A stretch of DNA of 64,000 bases. Origin: an uncultured virus (IMG/VR IMGVR_UViG_2061766007_000286). Lineage: Duplodnaviria; Heunggongvirae; Uroviricota; Caudoviricetes. Location of the stretch: the IMG/VR virus record IMGVR_UViG_2061766007_000286; one strand, written 5' to 3'. The notes beneath the pieces were generated by a model. The model made no database searches and was not told the origin of the DNA. It was given only the letters and a program-made list of their open reading frames with translations. This document shows, piece after piece, positions 9,963-20,122 of this stretch (its first letter is position 1; every line of letters begins with the position of its first letter). The position numbers were made by a program, and so were the translations under genes.

Positions 9963-10120
9963 GCCCCGTTAGCTCAGCTGGATAGAGCAGCGGTCTTCAA
10001 TTAGGAGCGTTCATGTGGAAGATCGAGGTGGTGGTCAAAACAAAATCCTCTCAGGAAACACATGAAATGAAACGTGCTGTATCGGAGAACATCGTAAGTG
10101 CCAACAACACACGACAACTC
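9963..10120 (+). tRNA. second allele or copy of intron-containing tRNA-Arg(UCU), truncated by gap
   Basis: same 5' exon (one substitution) and intron start as 10421; distal P2 sequence differs. Confidence 0.7.
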
Positions 10121-10420
10121 NNNNNNNNNNACCAAATGACTCAGAAGATGAACATCCGACTTGTCAACGGCAAGGTTACCACCATCGAAGTTCGTGGCGG
10201 TGCCAAGTTCCGCAACGGCGACATCGTTCGTCACCTCACCTCTCAGAAGAAGTGGGTGGTCGCCGATGCCCGTCCTGACAAGCGGCATCGCATTCATCTG
10301 ACGGCCAAGGCTGACAAGAACGAAAAGCTCCGCATCAGCCAGAACGTCATGGTGAAGGCTTAATCGACCATNNNNNNNNNNTCAGGGTGTCGGTGATCTC
10401 TTCACCGGCGCCCGTCTTTT

Positions 10421-10732
10421 GCCCCGTTAGCTCAGTTGGATAGAGCAGCGGTCTTCAATTAGGAGCGTTCATGTGGAAGATGGGATCGGTCAACGGCATG
10501 AATATCTCGTCGACAACACATGAAATGGAACGTGCTGTATCGGAGAACATCGTAAGTGCCAACAACACACGACAACTCCGAGGAAACCGAGACCAGGGAT
10601 CCGTAGAGACTATACGCACGTCGGCTGAAACGCCGAAGAAATAGTCCAGCCAGCAAGCCCGAAAGGGTGGTCATGGAAACATGATGCTGGATGCTAAACC
10701 GCTGGCCGGAGGTTCGAATCCTCCACGGGGTA
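10421..10732 (+). tRNA. tRNA-Arg(UCU) split by a group I intron (exons 10421-10455 and 10694-10732)
   Basis: joined exons give acceptor GCCCCGT/ACGGGGT, D arm GCTC/GAGC, anticodon arm GCGGT-CTTCTAA-ACCGC, T arm GGAGG-TTCGAAT-CCTCC. Confidence 0.9.
10456..10693 (+). ncRNA. group I self-splicing intron, 238 nt, no endonuclease ORF
   Basis: P1 CUU|C pairs with GGAG with a U.G at the splice site; P3 CGTGC/GCACG; GTAGAGACTA and AAGAAATAGTCC form P7; P8 TCGGC/GCCGA; terminal G. Confidence 0.88.
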
Positions 10733-10785
10733 CGATCTTTAACAGAGAGCATGCAGCTCTCAATCCAATAAAGGAGAGCAACTCA

Positions 10786-11178
10786 ATGTCGATTTCAACT
10801 TACATCACGGAATATTTCTTCAGACTCAAGTTCAAGAGTTCCAAGGGCGCCAACTTCGAGAAGTTCGCCGGAAAGCGTTTCATCGACGATCTCAACGACG
10901 GTGCTCTTACGTTTGAAGACGCATTCGGACTCGTCACCAGGATCTGCGAACGATACCAGGACGAGAAAAAGAAGTACTACGAAATCAGAGCCTTCGAAGA
11001 CGATGAGGAAGGATTCATCAACATCAATGTCATTTACGACGGCAACGGTCACGATAATGTAGTGTGGTCCGGCAAGTTCGAATGCGTATTGAACGTCAAT
11101 GGAATCAGCGACGAGCTCAATGACGCTCTCCGCTACCGGGTCATGATGGAAAACAAGCAGCTGGAATCCAGAATCTAA
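10786..11178 (+). CDS. hypothetical protein (divergent homologue of 11279-11668)
   Basis: starts MSISTYITE after AAGGAG; ends QLESRI. Confidence 0.6.
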   Translation: MSISTYITEYFFRLKFKSSKGANFEKFAGKRFIDDLNDGALTFEDAFGLVTRICERYQDEKKKYYEIRAFEDDEEGFININVIYDGNGHDNVVWSGKFECVLNVNGISDELNDALRYRVMMENKQLESRI

Positions 11179-11278
11179 TCCGGCTGAAAGGAGTAAGCAA
11201 CATGTCGAAANNNNNNNNNNTTTTCAATCAGACTGGGAGTCTGAACAACTGAAACAACAATCAACGCGGGAGGTTTAA

Positions 11279-11668
11279 ATGTCTTTCTCGAAAATGATAT
11301 CCGAACGGTTCGTGGATCTCAAGTATGTGAGTTCCAATGGGAAAGTTTTTGAATCGGTCGGCCGCCAGATGCTCAAGGGTTGGAAGAAATCCGGTCCAAT
11401 GCCCATCGCCGATGTGTTCGCCGACATCACCTGTATCTGCGAAACTCTCTGGGACACCAAGAAGATCATGTGCTATGCCAACGCAGAAGCAACTGACGAC
11501 CTCGAGGTCAGAATCGAAATCACTGGAAGCAAGACCGAATGTCGTGAAAAGCATCTGTGGACCGGCGTGTTCAAGATGTCGCTGTCCAATAGAGCCGAGG
11601 ATGAAATCAGCGAAGCTCTGTACGAATTCGGGCAGGGTGTGTATGACCAACTGGAATCCAGAATCTAA
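11279..11668 (+). CDS. hypothetical protein
   Basis: GGGAGG SD; ends QLESRI. Confidence 0.6.
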   Translation: MSFSKMISERFVDLKYVSSNGKVFESVGRQMLKGWKKSGPMPIADVFADITCICETLWDTKKIMCYANAEATDDLEVRIEITGSKTECREKHLWTGVFKMSLSNRAEDEISEALYEFGQGVYDQLESRI

Positions 11669-11691
11669 TCCGGCTGAAAGGAGTAAGCAAC

Positions 11692-12306
11692 ATGTCGAAA
11701 CTTAGGTTGAAGGCGAACGGGGTAGTCATGGACACTCCCGTCGCCGACCTGGAAGACATGCGAACCTACGACAACGCCGGCATCGTCGTGGCGTCGTTCA
11801 ACAAGGGGAAGAAGAGGTTGAACCGCGTGATGCGGTGCTACTTCGACGGACCCGCGGTCGGGCAGACCAAGGAAGAACTGATCGCAGGAGTGACGCAGGC
11901 GTTGCACGGATGCATGGTGGACAGCATCTTCCCGGAAAAGAAACGCGGAAAGCCGTACGAACCGTCGCTCGACGTGTTCGAATACATCTGCATTCGCGAG
12001 AGAGCGAAGGGAAGCAACTTCGGATTCTCCTACGAGTATGCGGAAGCTTTCATCGATGAATACATCAGACTCCTGGAGAAGTACAGGAGAGAAGGAACAC
12101 TTGACCCGGAAACCAACTACGACCAGTGGAACGTGAAGAGCCTCAGCTCGGCCGATGTTCTTCGCGGACTGGTGGTTGTCGACCCGCATTACGGAGTGTG
12201 TTCCGGACCGAGCGACAAACCCGTATTCGACAAGGAGAGAATGAAGGAACTGTTCGGATTCGATCCAACCGATCCGAACGGTAGACTTGGAAAAGACAAC
12301 TACTGA
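11692..12306 (+). CDS. hypothetical protein
   Basis: 204-aa ORF with AAGGAG SD. Confidence 0.65.
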   Translation: MSKLRLKANGVVMDTPVADLEDMRTYDNAGIVVASFNKGKKRLNRVMRCYFDGPAVGQTKEELIAGVTQALHGCMVDSIFPEKKRGKPYEPSLDVFEYICIRERAKGSNFGFSYEYAEAFIDEYIRLLEKYRREGTLDPETNYDQWNVKSLSSADVLRGLVVVDPHYGVCSGPSDKPVFDKERMKELFGFDPTDPNGRLGKDNY

Positions 12307-12319
12307 AAGGAGGTGTGAT

Positions 12320-12679
12320 ATGGCGAAGAAGATCAGCGATTCCGAACTTTATTACCTTGGTGACAAGGTGATTCTGCTCGGAAAGAACGAACTTCGCGAA
12401 CGGCTGTATCACCTTGTGAAAGGCGTTCGCGAAATCCAGAAGACCATGATGGACGATGATTCTCTTGCAGATCTCGATGAACTCGTCGAATCAGTGCTCG
12501 ACTGCAAGGAACCCAGGGAATACGGAACCAAGAAGCGCGAAGCTCTCAACGTCACCTGCTACATCGACAACGACACGTCGGTGACGTGGTATTCGAAACC
12601 CAGAGTTTTCTGCTACAGGAGAAACGAGAACGGGCAGATTCATCACCGTCTGTTGGCGGCCAAGAAAAACGAACATTAA
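12320..12679 (+). CDS. hypothetical protein
   Basis: starts MAKKISDS after AAGGAGGTG. Confidence 0.6.
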   Translation: MAKKISDSELYYLGDKVILLGKNELRERLYHLVKGVREIQKTMMDDDSLADLDELVESVLDCKEPREYGTKKREALNVTCYIDNDTSVTWYSKPRVFCYRRNENGQIHHRLLAAKKNEH

Positions 12680-12706
12680 AAACATCAACCAGGGAGGACA
12701 TATACA

Positions 12707-13429
12707 ATGACCAAGCAGGAAGAAATCACGTCTCTCGTCAAGGTCATCCGCGAACACGATTATCAGCCGGCCAGGGAACGTCTGTACGGTCTGATCGAAA
12801 ACTTCATCAGGGACATGGCCAAGAAGTATTCCAACGACCTCGTGTCCGTGGAAGAACTCGTCGGCGCCGGTTGGGATGGCGTCAACACCGCCATCGAAAG
12901 GTGGGACGAAAGCCGCGAATCTTTCCTCACCTACGCCCGCTGGTGGATCATGGACGCCCTCGACAAGGAGCGCATGGCTCACAGCGACCTGATCAGCGTG
13001 CCGCTCATTCTCCGCAAGCACGTCATGCGGCATCTGAACGACGCGAGCACCAAGGAACCGGCTCACTTCGCCGAAGCCGTGGCCGCTCTCGGTGCCAGCC
13101 GCACCGAAGACCGAATCGGGAACGAGCGGGACGTCGATGTCCGCGGTTCCGGGGAAGCGAACGCGGAAGGCTGGTATCCGAAGGACGAGAAGGCGATGGA
13201 CGAAGAGAAGATGTCGCTGGCTCTCGATGTGGAAGGATTCATCAACAGGCTCGACGCTCTCGAAGGGAAGATCTTCCGCATGCATTACGGGTTCAACGAC
13301 GAGCAGGTCGAGTACTCCAACAAGGAGATCGCCAAGACTCTCGGCCTCACCGCCGCCAGGGTCAAGTTCCTTCTCGACAAGTCCGTGCTCAGCGCCCGCG
13401 AATGTCTCGCCGGGTACGAAATCAAATAA
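12707..13429 (+). CDS. sigma70-family RNA polymerase sigma factor
   Basis: region 2 ARERL...MAKKY...EELVGAG...AIERWD...FLTYARWWI; region 4 YSNKEIAKTLGLTAARV. Confidence 0.85.
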   Translation: MTKQEEITSLVKVIREHDYQPARERLYGLIENFIRDMAKKYSNDLVSVEELVGAGWDGVNTAIERWDESRESFLTYARWWIMDALDKERMAHSDLISVPLILRKHVMRHLNDASTKEPAHFAEAVAALGASRTEDRIGNERDVDVRGSGEANAEGWYPKDEKAMDEEKMSLALDVEGFINRLDALEGKIFRMHYGFNDEQVEYSNKEIAKTLGLTAARVKFLLDKSVLSARECLAGYEIK

Positions 13430-13456
13430 CTCAAACAACCAAAGGAGAAACACAAA

Positions 13457-13732
13457 ATGGCAACTCTCAACATCACCAACGTCCAGGTCTATCCCATCAA
13501 GGAACCGAACGGCAAGCTGCGGGCGCTTGCTCGCGTCGCCATCGAAGATCAGCTTCAGCTCACCGGACTCCGAGTCTATGATGGCGTGCACGGTCTCTTC
13601 GTCTGCTACCCGAACGACACTTCCCGAAAGGGGGAGGAGTATCACCAGATTTACTACCCCCTCACCAGTGAGTTTCGAGCCAACGTCGAAAAGGCTATTC
13701 TGGAAGAGTACGACAAGGTGAAATGGGAATAG
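13457..13732 (+). CDS. spoVG: SpoVG family nucleic-acid-binding protein
   Basis: ITNVQVYPI...GKLRALARV...GLRVYDGVHGLFVCYP...YYPLT...ILEEY. Confidence 0.88.
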   Translation: MATLNITNVQVYPIKEPNGKLRALARVAIEDQLQLTGLRVYDGVHGLFVCYPNDTSRKGEEYHQIYYPLTSEFRANVEKAILEEYDKVKWE

Positions 13733-13747
13733 AAGGAGAACCGAGAC

Positions 13748-13903
13748 ATGAGTTTCCTGCGATTTATTCTGGCTATATTTTTCCCGCCGCTGTCGGTCAT
13801 TGACCGAGGGCTCGGCTCGTTTGCGATAGTGTTCGTCCTCACGCTCATGGGTTGGGTCCCTGGTGTGATCGGGGCGCTGGTGATTCTGAACAAGAACGAA
13901 TAA
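13748..13903 (+). CDS. YqaE/Pmp3 (UPF0057) proteolipid, 51 aa (not in ORF track)
   Basis: my translation MSFLRFILAIFFPPLSV...LTLMGWVPGVIGAL; AAGGAG SD. Confidence 0.8.
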   Translation: MSFLRFILAIFFPPLSVIDRGLGSFAIVFVLTLMGWVPGVIGALVILNKNE

Positions 13904-14369
13904 TTAAGGATTAATTGATCATGGATTATTTCATTTGGCCACCTCCCGACAGATCCGATGAGATGGAATACTGTTATTGGAACGGGGATCTTGAGGAAGA
14001 TCATGACGAGGAGCATGATCGGAAACAAAAGCCCGTTCCACAGGAAAACAAAACCGACGATGAGGTACCGTTCTGATGAATGACAAGGAACTTTTCGTTA
14101 GAGAAGGAGAAACACCATGAGAGATCTGACGAGAGAGCAGAAGAAGCTGTACACCAGGAAGGAGCTTAAAGCCTGGAAGAAGATTTCCCAGGCGAAGAAT
14201 CTCCTTCTTGATGTCATCGAAGAGAACCCCGCGGTCTGCGAAACGACGCACATCAGATCCATCATCGGACTGCTGAAGGACGTCGAGTGNNNNNNNNNNG
14301 CTAAGCGCCAGCCGCACCGAAGACCGAATCGGGAACGAGCGGGACGTCGATGTCCGNNNNNNNNNNGCC

Positions 14370-14693
14370 ATGAGCATTAGTGAAATTTTTAACTCGGTGA
14401 TCAACTACCCGATTCCATGGGACGAAGTTAAACTTTTTATAATTGGGCTTCTTGGTGTTGCAGCATTCGCATTCATTGTATATTGCATCTCCGCTTTACT
14501 GCTCGTATGTGGAGTTGGGGTTACGTCTTTGTTTAACGATTGGAAAAAGAGAAAGAGGATTGCCGCAATTGATGCCGAGAAAGATCGTTGGAACAATGTT
14601 GGTGGTTATCTAGTTAAAACAGACAAGCCTGTCAGTTTTGAAGAATTCAAACAACTAAAAAAGAGAGAATTGGATAGGAAAACGAAACAGTAA
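14370..14693 (+). CDS. membrane protein
   Basis: long hydrophobic segment; AT-richer than its neighbours. Confidence 0.55.
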   Translation: MSISEIFNSVINYPIPWDEVKLFIIGLLGVAAFAFIVYCISALLLVCGVGVTSLFNDWKKRKRIAAIDAEKDRWNNVGGYLVKTDKPVSFEEFKQLKKRELDRKTKQ

Positions 14694-14709
14694 TAGAAGG
14701 AGAAACGCC

Positions 14710-14946
14710 ATGAGAGAGCTGACTAGAGAACAGAAGAAGCTGTATACCAGGAAGGAGCTTAAAGCCTGGAAGAAGATTTCCAAGGCGAAGAATCTCCTTC
14801 TCGACGCCATCGAAGAGAATCCCGCGGTCTGTGAAACGACGCACATCAGATCCATCATCGGACTGCTGAAGGACGTCGAGTGGATGTTCGAGGATCAGAT
14901 CCTCGTCACCGAGGCGAAGAAGAAGAACAAGACCGACTTCAAGTAA
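14710..14946 (+). CDS. hypothetical protein (allelic copy at 14117)
   Basis: AAGGAG SD. Confidence 0.6.
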   Translation: MRELTREQKKLYTRKELKAWKKISKAKNLLLDAIEENPAVCETTHIRSIIGLLKDVEWMFEDQILVTEAKKKNKTDFK

Positions 14947-14974
14947 TACTATATTATCCAAAGGAGGCGTTCAA

Positions 14975-15112
14975 ATGACAAACTTCGAGAAGTGGAAAGA
15001 AACGTTGACGCCGGAGAAACTTGTGGAAATGCTCCGTGGCGATTGGGACACAGCGAACGCAGAAGAGTTCCTCGCGTGGGCGAACGCTCCTGCGAAGGAG
15101 AACGAGGAATGA
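14975..15112 (+). CDS. 45-aa MTNFEKWK-family protein (not in ORF track)
   Basis: AAGGAGG SD directly after the promoter at 14945-14956. Confidence 0.55.
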   Translation: MTNFEKWKETLTPEKLVEMLRGDWDTANAEEFLAWANAPAKENEE

Positions 15113-15954
15113 TACCGGAAGAACTCAGGAAGAAGCTGATCTCAATATGGGGAACAGATGGGGTCAAACGGTTTGTCGAAAAATGGAAGACACTGCGTGA
15201 AATACCAGATCATTTCGACTCCTATGACAAGTTCGACGTGGAGTGGTTAATGGACGGAATCTATGGAGAGAAGCAAGACCTGGAAGACGAAATCAAAGCA
15301 CTCGCCGAACTCTACAACGCAATGGTGGAAAAACGAAAGGAGAAATGGGGAGATGACTATAAGCCCTGACACGAAGATTCTTATCGCTTATTTACTTGTG
15401 ATGGGGATCCTGATTCCCAATGTGGTCGCGATCATCAACTCGACGAGGAAGACCCTCAANNNNNNNNNNGGCTAAATGGGGAGATGACTATGAGCCCTGA
15501 CACGAAGATTCTTATCGCTTATTTACTTGTAATGGGGATTCTGATTCCCAATGTGGTCGCGATCATCAACTCGACGAGGAAGACCCTCAAGCGTCTGTAT
15601 GAGGAGGACTCCGAGTCCGATGGCAAGGAAAAGTAATTGGTGTCCTCGTTTTAGGTTTTTGAGGAATAGAGGACTCGAAAAATTCTATATTAATCAAAAC
15701 GCACCGGTGTCCAGGAGAGAAACATGGTACAGGTAACGAAGGAACAAGCACTCGCCAAGATGGACGAAGGGTTCGTGGGAACCATCGTGATCAAGGAAGA
15801 CAGCAGCATTTGGTTTGCCATGTTCGGCGAAAAGCTGAACAACGAAGAGCTCAAAACGATCAAATACATCTCTCGCGTAGGTGATGGAATGACCAGAGCC
15901 AATGCGAAGAGGAACATCAAGAAGCACTGCAGCTAACACCAGACCGGCAATGCT

Positions 15955-16155
15955 ATGAACTCGAACGGAAACGATTTCAACCCATATGGGGAACCGCAGA
16001 GGATCGAGGAAGGGGACAACTACGTCCTCGTCCAGGGACTGCATTGTTTCCAGGTGTTCAACAAGGACGGCCAGCAGGTGTTCGGCACGTACGACCAGAG
16101 CGAAGCCAAAAAGAGATTCGTAAAACTTGAGCTTCAAGCCAGAGAAGGATCATAA
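15955..16155 (+). CDS. small protein (paralogue of 38365-38559)
   Basis: shared QVFGTY...AKKRF..LE. Confidence 0.55.
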   Translation: MNSNGNDFNPYGEPQRIEEGDNYVLVQGLHCFQVFNKDGQQVFGTYDQSEAKKRFVKLELQAREGS

Positions 16156-16179
16156 ACCAACAACTAAAGGAGACGCAAT

Positions 16180-16566
16180 ATGAGCAAGTTCCACGGCAGT
16201 GTTCACAACAGAGTTCTATGTAGTCGTGTTCCCAAAACGAAGCCTGAAGTCGGCATGGGCGTTACAGAATGCCTTTGGTCCGACCGCCATGCCTGGGAAA
16301 TCGTCGAGGTCATCGACGAGAAGCATGCCATTATCCGCAAGATGGATGCCAAGTGCAAGGACTGGTACGCTGGCGACTGGGAAGTCTTCCCGGATCCAAA
16401 TGGGGAAATCCGCCATCTTGTTTTCAGGTACGGCCGGTGGCGCGATCTTCTGTGGGACGAAGTCTGGGAAGGCGGCAGGGTAGTCAGCAGGACTCCAAGC
16501 CGTCGGCTCGGTACCAACGGGTGGCACCTCGGAAGCGCGGAGGAATACAGGGACCCCAGTTTCTAG
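16180..16566 (+). CDS. phage hypothetical protein
   Basis: PEVGMGVT..WSDRH...EEYRDPSF; AAAGGAG SD. Confidence 0.65.
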   Translation: MSKFHGSVHNRVLCSRVPKTKPEVGMGVTECLWSDRHAWEIVEVIDEKHAIIRKMDAKCKDWYAGDWEVFPDPNGEIRHLVFRYGRWRDLLWDEVWEGGRVVSRTPSRRLGTNGWHLGSAEEYRDPSF

Positions 16567-16660
16567 AGACGAGGTGATTCAAAAACCTCAAAAGGAGAAA
16601 CGACGGCATCCCGTGAAAATACTATATTAAAAAATGTACAACTCAAGAAGCAGGTGAATC

Positions 16661-17164
16661 ATGCGCACTGTCCTCGATCTAATCCCCAAAGAACTAAATC
16701 AGACTCACAACTGGATGATCTGCCCGAACGGCAAGGTCTTGCTGACCAGGATTGGTACCATCGGCAGAGAACGAGGGTTCTTCTTCGTCGGCATCTTCAA
16801 CGACAAGGAAGAAGCGGTCGGGCACACAGGGGAAAAGGAACCCTGCTTCCTGAAGAAGGAACCAGGCAAGCTTACCTGGAACAAGATCGATTTCGAACTC
16901 TACGACTACGGGCACACCAACTTCTGGGCAGTGATCCCAGAAGAAGAACTGCGGAAGAACACGGACGACAACGGTAGCGTGCTGACATCGGCGCATGGCA
17001 TGGGTCTTCCGAAGTTCGTCGCAGCCAGGTGCACGACGATGGATTCTGCGATGCAGGCGATCGAAGAATTCTGCAAGTACACCGGGTTCAAGAAGGGAAA
17101 AGTCGCCGTGATCCATGTGGTTCCATCGTTCGACAAGGACGGGAAGGAGGTTCCCCAAGGATGA
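16661..17164 (+). CDS. hypothetical protein
   Basis: downstream of the promoter at 16616-16629. Confidence 0.6.
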   Translation: MRTVLDLIPKELNQTHNWMICPNGKVLLTRIGTIGRERGFFFVGIFNDKEEAVGHTGEKEPCFLKKEPGKLTWNKIDFELYDYGHTNFWAVIPEEELRKNTDDNGSVLTSAHGMGLPKFVAARCTTMDSAMQAIEEFCKYTGFKKGKVAVIHVVPSFDKDGKEVPQG

Positions 17165-17926
17165 CCAACTTCGAGAAATGGAAGCGTGACCTGACGATCG
17201 ACAAACTGATAGAATGGGTTTATGGGTATGGATGTTTTTCCTGCCCTGCAAGAAAACAATGTTCACATGAAGCCTGCGAGGCTTCGTTCATTGAGTGGAT
17301 GAATGCCGAAGCGGAGGAGTCTGAAATGGAGAATGAGAAAGAAGAAGGCTCTGTTCAACCAGAAACCCGCGAGATGAAAGCAGCCAGGATTTCTATGCTG
17401 AAAGCCGATGCCGAATTCGCTGGAATCCTTCAGACGGAAAGACTTGTGGAAACGTTTCTCCGAATTCCAATTGGTGAAACGCATGATGCCGTCGCCGCTC
17501 TTCGCGAAGAGATTCAAAAACTGAAGGACAATGTCGACGCGAAAAAGAAGAACGCGCTCGCTGAATACTGNNNNNNNNNNCGATGCCGTCACCGCTCTTC
17601 GTGAAGAGATTCAAAAGCTGAAGGACAATGTCGACGCGAAAAAGAAGAACGCGCTCGCTGAATACTGCAGACTGAACGGGATTGACACTTCCAAGTGGGA
17701 GGAATCCGATAAGAAAGATTCTTAAGGCTGCTTTGGCAGTGTCCGAAAAGGTGCTGCTGTTTCCTCTGTCTGTCCTAGCGTTCTTGTTCGGCGTCTCGTT
17801 CATGATTGTATATTCTATGTGTGAAGAACTGGACTGGAGCCTCAAAAAGCTCAACATGAGACTGGACGAATAAAGAAGACGGCGAATAATCTATATTACC
17901 AATAACATATTTCATGAGGAATTTTC

Positions 17927-18739
17927 ATGTCAGAATTTGTTACATCTTTCAATTTCATTCTCAGAACAATGTATATGCAGGTATTCGCTGTAGTGACATG
18001 CCTGCTTCTCATCGCCCTGGTGTACTACGGGCTTAGCAAGGTCGCCAACCTGGCGTGGAGTCGCTTCAAGAAGTATTGGAGCAAGAGGGGAGCCCGCAAG
18101 ATCAACAAAAAGTTCCCAGCCATTTTCCTGGAAGCGTTGGAAAAGCTGAAGAAGGACCACCCGGAACTGGTGTCGGGCATCTCTGGCGTGGAATACAAAC
18201 TCGCCTGGAACAAGATATGGTCCTGCTGGCTTAAATACAACGGTGAAGAGATATACATTCAGATCAACGACGACGGAACCGCCCTTGCCACTGCCGTCGG
18301 ATACGGTCAGTCAATTGTGTACAATGTGAATGCCGATGAAATCGCAATGTCCATCAAAAACGTCATCTACAATTACAATGTAGAAAGAGTCAGGATGGAG
18401 CTTGTTGCGGATCGTCTTGAAAAATTCACCAAGACGCTTGGCTGGAAGAAGGTTACTGTAAAAGAAAAGGACGGTTACAATGGGAGAATTGTTTGCAAGT
18501 TCAAAAAGAAAGGAACAGTCCTGAGAATTATGGTCTACCCAAAGCATGTGTGTATGAGCACCTGCGATGAAAAGAAGGACCTGTTCTGGGGGTATTTCGG
18601 AGAATCCGTGGTCGACAGGGAAACGTTTGCCTTCATGGATCGGCATAACAAGTCCGCCGGCTACAAGGTCCAGGACATGTTCGACATCTCCAACGCTGCC
18701 ACCGACAAGATCGTTCAGTGGACAGAGCATCTGAATTAG
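17927..18739 (+). CDS. membrane-anchored hypothetical protein
   Basis: N-terminal TM helix; GAGGA SD. Confidence 0.65.
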   Translation: MSEFVTSFNFILRTMYMQVFAVVTCLLLIALVYYGLSKVANLAWSRFKKYWSKRGARKINKKFPAIFLEALEKLKKDHPELVSGISGVEYKLAWNKIWSCWLKYNGEEIYIQINDDGTALATAVGYGQSIVYNVNADEIAMSIKNVIYNYNVERVRMELVADRLEKFTKTLGWKKVTVKEKDGYNGRIVCKFKKKGTVLRIMVYPKHVCMSTCDEKKDLFWGYFGESVVDRETFAFMDRHNKSAGYKVQDMFDISNAATDKIVQWTEHLN

Positions 18740-18749
18740 GAGAGCTGCA

Positions 18750-19816
18750 ATGCATCACCGCATCATCGACCGCACCAAGAACGCAATCAAGTCCATTTAC
18801 AGACATCTCTCCTGCTATTACCAGGGAAAAGCCGATGGAGAAAATGGTGTGGACAGGGCACTCCTTCACGGAATCCAACAGGCCGAGCAGAGTCTCAAAG
18901 ACATTCAGAGAATGCTCGAACGCGCGGACGAGATGGAGAAAGAATCCTCGACCGGCAGATGCGATGAAAGCGTGATCGTACCATNNNNNNNNNNTAATGC
19001 TCGAGCACGCGGACGAGAGGGAGAAAGAATCCTCGACCGGCAGATGCGATGAAAGCGTGATCGTACCATGCGTTGAAAACAAAGAAGCGCTGAAGGCACA
19101 GAGACTGGATTATGCCCAGTCTCGTGCTGAAGGCCTTGTACTGGTGTTCGAATCTCTCAAGGACGATCCGAACTTCTCTTCCATGTTCGACGCAGCCATT
19201 GAGCTGAAGAGAAGACTTGACAACGGCATGTTCGGGAGAACNNNNNNNNNNGCGCGCGGACGAGAGGGAGAAAGAATCCTCGACCGGCTGCTGCGATGAA
19301 AGCGTGATCGTACCATGCATTGAAAACAAAGAAGCGCTGAAGGCACAGAGACTGGATTATGCTCAGTCCCGTGCTGAAGGCCTTGTCCTGGTGTTCGAGT
19401 CCCTCAAGGACGACCCGAACTTCTCTTCCATGTTTGATGCAGCCATTGAGCTGAAGAGAAGACTTGACAACGGCATGTTCGGGAGAACGCTGGATAACGA
19501 GGATCCCCCGGTGGAGCCATGGGAATTCGATGAAATGGTTCGGCGGCGCGCCGCGGAAAGACGACAGTGGTCCAGGCTTGGTCTCGGAATATTCAACGAA
19601 GCAGAGTCCAAGGACGTCATTAAACCTGTCAACCGGCCGGAAAACAACGTGAAACTGGACGACGTTCCAACGTATGGCTGTCCAGGCGATTCCATAACTC
19701 CAGAGGAGTATATGGGCACGGTCTGCAAAATCAAGACATCCGATGGAGAAGGGTTGACGATTGGAAACGGGGAAGCTTCGATGGGTGCATACACCACCCA
19801 CAGCCACCCAATGTAA
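18750..19816 (+). CDS. hypothetical protein fragmented across allelic contigs
   Basis: overlapping near-identical segments on either side of two 10-N gaps. Confidence 0.45.
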
Positions 19817-19841
19817 AGGACTTATATACCTAGTTCCGCCA

Positions 19842-19855
19842 AAAATACTATATTA
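19842..19855 (+). promoter_or_regulatory. AAAATACTATATTA promoter for tRNA-Pro
   Basis: exact motif 10 nt upstream of the tRNA. Confidence 0.75.
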
Positions 19856-19865
19856 TAGGTATTAG

Positions 19866-19938
19866 CAGGGTGTACGCCAACCGGTAGACGGAATGTTTTG
19901 GGAACATTCAGATGAAGGTTCGAACCCTTTCACCCTGA
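19866..19938 (+). tRNA. tRNA-Pro(UGG)
   Basis: CAGGGTG/CACCCTG; AATGT-TTTGGGA-ACATT; GAAGG-TTCGAAC-CCTTT. Confidence 0.85.
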
Positions 19939-19943
19939 TAGAG

Positions 19944-20068
19944 AGGTCCGTTCCCGACGTCGTAGCTTAATAACTGTTAGAGCGCCCGTGCAATTTTGGG
20001 GATTAAAACAGGGGTTACCACTGCATGGGAGATGCGGGATAGTCCCGTCGGCGAAGGTGAACGGATTT
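19944..20068 (+). ncRNA. tRNA-like RNA with extended acceptor stem and 29-nt anticodon-position loop
   Basis: AGGTCCGTTC/GAACGGATTT; CGTCG/CGGCG; D-like TAGCTTAA...AGAGC; CCCGTGCA/TGCATGGG; GCGGG-ATAGT-CCCGT. Confidence 0.55.
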
Positions 20069-20122
20069 GGTTTTTTGGGGCACGCAAAAGATTTTTGTAT
20101 AAACCCCATGTTGGCCACTGAA

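Noticed and set aside
1..10371. Apparent long-range inverted repeat (1-233 versus 10137-10371) suggesting an invertible segment
   Set aside because: Both copies end at the same base next to the window edge or an N gap and differ by SNPs; allelic contigs or a mis-oriented scaffold block are more likely, and no recombinase is visible
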